Both the position numbers and the translations under genes were made by a program. Shown one piece after another: positions 35,436 through 41,356 of a stretch of DNA of 41,356 nucleotides (position 1 is the first letter of the stretch; every line of letters begins with the position of its first letter). Origin of the DNA: Octopus bimaculoides (lineage: Eukaryota); contig NC_068982.1 in NCBI RefSeq assembly GCF_001194135.2, positions 101,476,363-101,517,718 of the forward strand, given 5' to 3'. The notes under the pieces were generated by a model that had not been told where the DNA came from, did not search any database, and was given only the letters and a program-made list of their open reading frames with translations.

Positions 35436-37132
35436 TGAATGAAGACCTACCTCAGTAGACTTAGGTTTCATTCCGCTCAGAACAATATAACAAACTCAAG
35501 ATCAAAAAATTCTAGTTGTAATATACGTAAGGTTGTATCTCACGTAACATGGCATCATTACCATTGAAATCTCACCAGGAAAATTGTACCCGAATGATCA
35601 GTACATATAATGCCCAACAGTATGTTGGGCTTTTATAAAATCTATTTATATTTGGAGACAATACATCTTTAGATCATACAACTAATATTGGCAAATATCA
35701 TCTTTTGAATGAAAAAGTTTTAAACTTAGCGATTACAACCAAATGAAATCTAGTACAAAATAATATATTTCTGTATATTCAAGAATTTGATTTGAAGCAT
35801 TACGTGACAAAATATTTCCAAGAACTTATGTGGTCAATTAAATATAAGAGTTATATTGGTGAGAGTGGTTAAGACATTTTTGGCATAAGAATGAATGGCA
35901 TTCGTAAAATTGTATAAGACGGAATTAAATGTTTAGTAAATTCAAATTACTGTTTATAACAGCTAGACGTAAAGGAAGTAAACAATAGATGATTGTCAAA
36001 TTTTATTGAATATAGGGCAATATATAGTTTGGAATTGGATTTTTGTCAAGGTTGACAGTGTTACACACCGGCTGAACTATCAGACAGGCTTCCGGCTATT
36101 ATTAAATTACTTTATATTTTCTAACTGCTTTAGCTATTTTATATTGTGGTAAACTCAAACGGACCGGAACATTAGGTGTCGAAAGAGAAAACTTAATTAT
36201 GAAGTAGGCGTCGATAGTCTTTATATTTTGCCAGTGAAAATACATGATATGGTATCGAATGTTTGAAACATTATTGGCAAATGCTTATCTCAAGGCTATT
36301 TTATTGCATACAATTACTACGACTATCACTCAAAACAATCGTTAATTATTTCCGCCTTGGTTCCATGCGTTATGCCCTATTTTCCATAATTTGTAATATC
36401 TTCTCTAGTATTGCATTGATTTGACAAAATAACAGTTTATTCACAAGTTTTCATTAACTTTCAGTCGCCTGTCTCACTTATTGTGTAAAGGCAGCCGATT
36501 GTTATTTCCCCCTGAGTTCAATAATATCTTGCGACGTCACAATGCCTAGCTGGTTTGAATGTTAGTCTCTCGGTTTATGGATCGGTAGTTTGAACAATTT
36601 GTGTGCTCTGCTTAAATGAACAAGGAAAAGGAGATATATATTTCCAGGTTTCATGGTTAGAAGAAAGCATTAGAGAAGCTGGGTCAAGCAATATGGACAC
36701 TTTTACTAAGTTTTCTGACTTATAGCGGTTAGGATGGAATGAAAAATGTGTATATCTTTGTAGCATGTTCGAGACATAAGTATTCGATTCATAAAATTCA
36801 AAATAATGGTTGAAGGTTTGACATGTTTCTGCATGGTAAACAAGATTGTTGTTTTCCTCTTTTAATTGCACTTTAATAATGACAAAGACAGGGACTCAAC
36901 CTAAGCATATTACATATTTTATCGATACAAAGGGAACGAAATTCACTATTGAACTCGAAAATTGTGATTTTTAACTGTATTTTCTAAACTAAAGAAAATA
37001 CACCATAAGCTTAGAAATAATGCTAATGGATATGCAATAGCTTCTGCACTGACGACCATAATCCATATAACTTTGTATTGACTGTAATCAAAAAGCAATT
37101 AGATTAAATATTCTACAGTAACGCACAAGATA

Positions 37133-37310
37133 ATAATGGTTTCAAATTTTGGCACAAGGCCAGCAAGTTTGAGGGAGTGGGTAAGTCAATTTCATCTACC
37201 CCGAAAGAATGAAAGGTAAAGTTGACCTCAACGGAATTTGAACCCAGAATGTAAAGACGGACGAAATGCTGCTAAACATTTTGCCCGGTGTGCTAACGAT
37301 TCTATCAGTA
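37133..37310 (-). mobile_element. SINE family A with internal deletion
   Basis: 'ataatggtttcaaattttggcacaaggccagc...ccccgaaagaatgaaaggtaaagttgacctcaacggaatttgaacc...ttttgcccggtgtgctaacgattct'. Confidence 0.85.
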
Positions 37311-37809
37311 GATGATAATATCTATAACGTAGTTTAGTGCCTCAGCTCAGTGCCAGAGCTATAACAACAATGAAATAAGGCGTAAAATATGCAATCAAAT
37401 TATCAGCACATTGTATCGTAAACGAGAATACTTAAATCCTGTGTGCCAGGCTGAGTGGTTGGTTTGATTGCAATTCTTTGCAATCGACTGATCTTGTTCT
37501 CAACAACTGACTTAGGCTAGCTAAATCATTATCTGAATATTTATATGTAGAAAAACCGAGTTATCGAAACTACCGGCAATAATTTTGATGCTTTGACCAT
37601 ATTGTAATTTATGAAACCTCAATAAGACCCCCCCCACCACCACCACCACCAAAGCGCCATTCATTTGGATAGCAAAAAACAGCGCTAAATTACGCTTTAG
37701 GGGAAATATTTTCGGTTATTATAATGCGTATAAGAGCAGTTGCAGTCTAGAAATTTTTAAACTTCTTTAAACCATGAGTGTGGAATTAGGTTCATATTAC
37801 TGCTATAGA

Positions 37810-38198
37810 GGAGGCGCAATGGCCCAGTAGTTAGGGCAGCAGACTCGCGGTAATAGGATCGCGGTTTCGATTCCCAGACCGGGCGTTGTGAGTGTTTATT
37901 GAGCGAAAACACCTAAAGCTCCACGAGCCTCCGGCAGGGGATGGTGGCGAACCCTGCTGTACTCTTTCACCACAATTTTCTCTCACTCTTACTTCCTGTT
38001 TCTGTTGTACCTGTAATTCAAAGGGTCAGCCTTGTCACACTGTGTCACGCTGAATATCCCCGAGAACTACTTTAAGGGTACACGTGTCTGTGGAGTGCTC
38101 AGCCACTTGCACGTTAATTTCACGAACAGGCTGTTCCGTTGATCGGATCAACTGGAACCCCCGACGTCGAAAGCGACGGAGTGCCAACAACAACAACA
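37810..38198 (+). mobile_element. SINE family C, full length, with (AAC)n tail and 11-bp target-site duplication
   Basis: A-box-like TGGCCCAGTAGTTAG, B-box-like GGTTTCGATTCCC, (AAC)n tail, and TSD actgctataga at 37799-37809 and 38199-38209. Confidence 0.95.
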
Positions 38199-38804
38199 AC
38201 TGCTATAGACCACTGCTCCAAGATAAAAGCCCACCCAATCAAATCCTCTTCATTAAGGTTAAGATTCGGTTAACGGCTTAAAAAACTGATGCTTTATAAG
38301 TGATATTATATCAGTTATACTGGTTTGGTAAGATCATGTTTTAGTAGTGATGTTGAGCAAGTAGCTTAATATCTGTGATACTTCGTGAGTGATGTTGCGG
38401 GATTTTGCGTTGCGTTCTTGTTTGTGGTAACGAGGTTGTGGCAGCAGTGACGCGTAAATAATCAATATATAATTCGTTAATTTTAATTGAATAACATTAT
38501 ATTATTTTACTGGAAGGGACATAAAAGAAAAAAAAATAATGAAAAATTTCTCCCTCGATAGTAAAATAACGTTTAGTTATCAGAATTGGTCGGTTAGTGA
38601 TGACCGGCGTTTGTATGAATCGGTTTGGCGCCTTTATGTCAAGTCTAAATTAGTCTGGTGACCTAAGTCCAGTGTGAGATTACCTAATTCCATGAAATTT
38701 ATTACCCATTATTATTTTAGCAGCCAGCCATAAATGATAAAATAAAGTTTGGAAATAAAAGTAATGAAAAAGGAAGAAATATGAGAAAGTGTGATAGTGG
38801 AAAA

Positions 38805-38908
38805 AAAAGGAGAGAGAGAGAGAGAGAGAGAAACGGGGAAAGAATATCATGAAACATTACTGTTTGAGAGAGAGAAAGAGAGAGAGAGGGAGAGAGAGAC
38901 TGAGAGAG

Positions 38909-38969
<61 letters not shown>

Positions 38970-39000
38970 GAAAATAGAGAGAGAGAAGAAAAAAATGAAC
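38805..39000. repeat. Degenerate (GA)/(GAAA)n polypurine tract
   Basis: Directly visible; explains the E/K/R-rich ORF 38791..39021. Confidence 0.93.
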
Positions 39001-40297
39001 AGAAGACTGATTATGTTGTGAGAATGTTGTTGTGTAAGTGAATGGTGGCTTTGGTTTTGTGGTACTGTAAAGTCATCCAGGCGAAGTTATGTGTGCAATC
39101 TTATTTTAACAGTTATGCGGAGGTAATAGTGTAGACGTGGTGTTGAGGGGTTCTTTACCAGAGCAGAAATGATGCTATGGAGATATGGAGTATTTTAACA
39201 AAGGGTATGTTTAACCCTTGAGTTCAAGGAAAGCCTGTCAGGGTAGCGTTTGTTCTACCCCGAAAATAATCGTGTTAAAAGTAGTAAAGAATAAGAGTAG
39301 GCGTTCACTTGTCGGACAATTATAATCTGTTCCTAAATAATAGCGAAGAAAGTACAACAGTATTGTTTCATGTATTAAATAACTCGACAAAATTATAACA
39401 CAACATGAACATCGATAAAAATACAAAACAAAAAATGAATTAAGAAATGAAATATATGAAGCGATAAAGGTCACGAGGTGAAGGAGTATTTCATTGTCTG
39501 ACAAGAAATAGATGCAAGAATAAATCCCATTGTTTTCTAACTAGACAATCGTGTTGTGCTTATAGTCTACATAGTTAATTTGTAAACGATCACTTAGCAT
39601 GGCTTGCTTCCCCTATAGCTTAAGAAATATTGTCTTATCTCTTTAAATGTTATCGCTGTAAAATAAATTATTTCGTATTAGGGGTCGGCTCAAAGGTATA
39701 CATTTCCATTTTATCATTAACTTATATTTTATGTTCGTGGTAAATAACAAAATTCAAAGTACGTGTAAACCTTTGAAGTTTGCCGATTAAAAGTAATTTC
39801 TAACACAGAGCAAAGTGCACTTCAAAAACGACCATAATAAGAAAGGAGGTCCTTATAACATTTAAATGTCTTGATTAAATGTCTGAGAGAAGTTGTTGTT
39901 AATAAGGTTATAATTTTTGGACTATTAACCCCTTCTTTAGCGATGAAACATTGTAAAACATTTCGATATACGCTACGTTTTGATTGATATGATATCCGAT
40001 CGCATTGTACAGGCGACAGAGACATGGCGGGTTAAAAAAACATTACTTAACTTAGTTTTGAGAGAAAGGTTCTAAGTTTGCATCCAGTTCGGTATTATGT
40101 AAATTGCTAAGAATAAAATACTAAATTACGATCGGAAATCAAATCGACCCGGTCGTATTAAACGATATGTCGTCTCATTTGAGAAACTATAAATTATAAA
40201 TATACAGCAAACAGTTTATGATAATGTAGCAAATGGATTACAAAATGTAAAGGAAACTACGCAAAACCAATTATCCACCACACTTCGATCATATCAT

Positions 40298-40378
40298 TTA
40301 CTCTCTCTCTCTCTTTGTCTCTCTGCATATATAATATATATACATATATATACATATATTCATATATACATACATATA
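40298..40378. repeat. (CT)n and (TA)/(TACA)n microsatellite
   Basis: Directly visible. Confidence 0.9.
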
Positions 40379-40380
40379 AA

Positions 40381-41356
40381 AAAGAATTCAGCACAGATAA
40401 TCCTTTCCTAAAGAATAGAACTATAAATAATAAACAAAAACTGAACAACGCACAAACCACCACCAATTTCAACCACTTAATCAACAACAACCCTCCTCAT
40501 TACCCTCCATACACCATAAATACAAATCACTTACAACCACCACTTTTGAACCACCCATAACTAAACAGGAAACAAGCTTACAGACAACGCATTTATGAAA
40601 TAGATTGCACCAAACCTAAAGATCACCCATACACCAGGAACAGAACACACCAACAACGTCCCAATACCAGGCATAACCACCCCATAACAACCCAAAACAA
40701 CACTAGGATAAGAAACACACCACAAACTAGTCACTACTACCCTATGACCCAAAATTACTGGTCCCCACCGAACTCAAGAACAACACAAAATAACATTAGA
40801 TCAAGAAACATCCCACATACTAGAAATTCGAAACAAAAATACATCACATACAGAAATGTTACACATCACTAACCAAAACACCCATAAACACCCACACACA
40901 CATAACAATCTGAGGCAACAATACTACCATTCCCCCGAACCAATCCCATACAACCTCACAGACAGTTCATGCAAACAAAATTACAAACAACATTTCTTAG
41001 CCCCAGACCAGATACACCAGGACACAGGCTGGAATCTAGTAATCAGGAAAAACCGAAGATAATCAATCTCTCAACCAACCCTCTTTCTAGCATTAAAATA
41101 GACATCCTCTCAAAAGGGCTAAAATTCACCCCAACTCCACGCAGAGCCAACCCAAATGAAGTGAAGGACAGTATAACAGAATTCTGTAGAAAATTAAGAC
41201 TCACAGAAGCATTAACCAATCACAACACTGAATATGACTCACTAGTCAAAAACAAAAGTGAGCACATCCCACACAAAGGAAGAAATAAAAATCTAGATGA
41301 ATTCTGCAACCACATTGAGAACTTCCCCTACCACACCATGCATAAACAGACAGTTA
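40381..41356 (+). mobile_element. Penelope-like element, 5' part of the ORF; continues beyond the window
   Basis: The frame starting at 40381 runs to the window end with stops only at 40558, 40870, 40885 and 40903. From 41056 it reads KIINLSTNPLSSIKIDILSKGLKFTPTPRR...ITEFCRKLRLTE...DSLVKNKSEHIPHKGRNKNLDEF, the PLE pre-RT pattern (V/I)NLS...LL.KGL.F.PTP...F.RKLRL. The sense strand is strongly A/C-rich. The 5' boundary is uncertain. Confidence 0.82.

Noticed and set aside
35612-35634. Hairpin gcccaaca-gta-tgttgggc followed by TTTT (terminator-like)
   Set aside because: Eukaryotic context with no upstream gene, no CTRR Helitron end nearby, and an 8-bp stem is expected by chance

Overview
Eukaryotic, AT-rich, non-genic (intergenic or intronic) scaffold sequence with five N-gaps. 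No intact host protein-coding gene, rRNA, tRNA gene or CRISPR array is supported, and most ORFs in the supplied track are microsatellite or gap artefacts. The window is dominated by microsatellites and transposon remnants. There are about 25 copies or fragments of four tRNA-headed SINE families (labelled A-D here), which from recall resemble octopus/cephalopod SINEs; the host assignment is an inference. Retroelement fragments come from four groups: RTE (14.3-15.6 kb), R4/Dong-like RLE (21.7-22.6 kb), a CR1/L2/Jockey-group RT (12.0-12.7 kb) and two Penelope-like pieces (7.2-7.6 kb and 40.4 kb to window end). DNA elements include an internally deleted mariner with TIRs and TA flanks (25.05-25.9 kb) and two hAT-like MITE ends. 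The most notable structures are a 282-bp, 2-mismatch inverted duplication (32807-33088 / 33498-33779), a SINE family carrying an internal microsatellite that coincides with three of the five assembly gaps, module sharing between SINE families, a Dong-like element sitting tail-to-tail with a SINE on a shared (AAT)n tract, and a few candidate micro-exons. I found no evidence of a novel multi-gene system. All family assignments come from manual translation and motif recall, not database searches.
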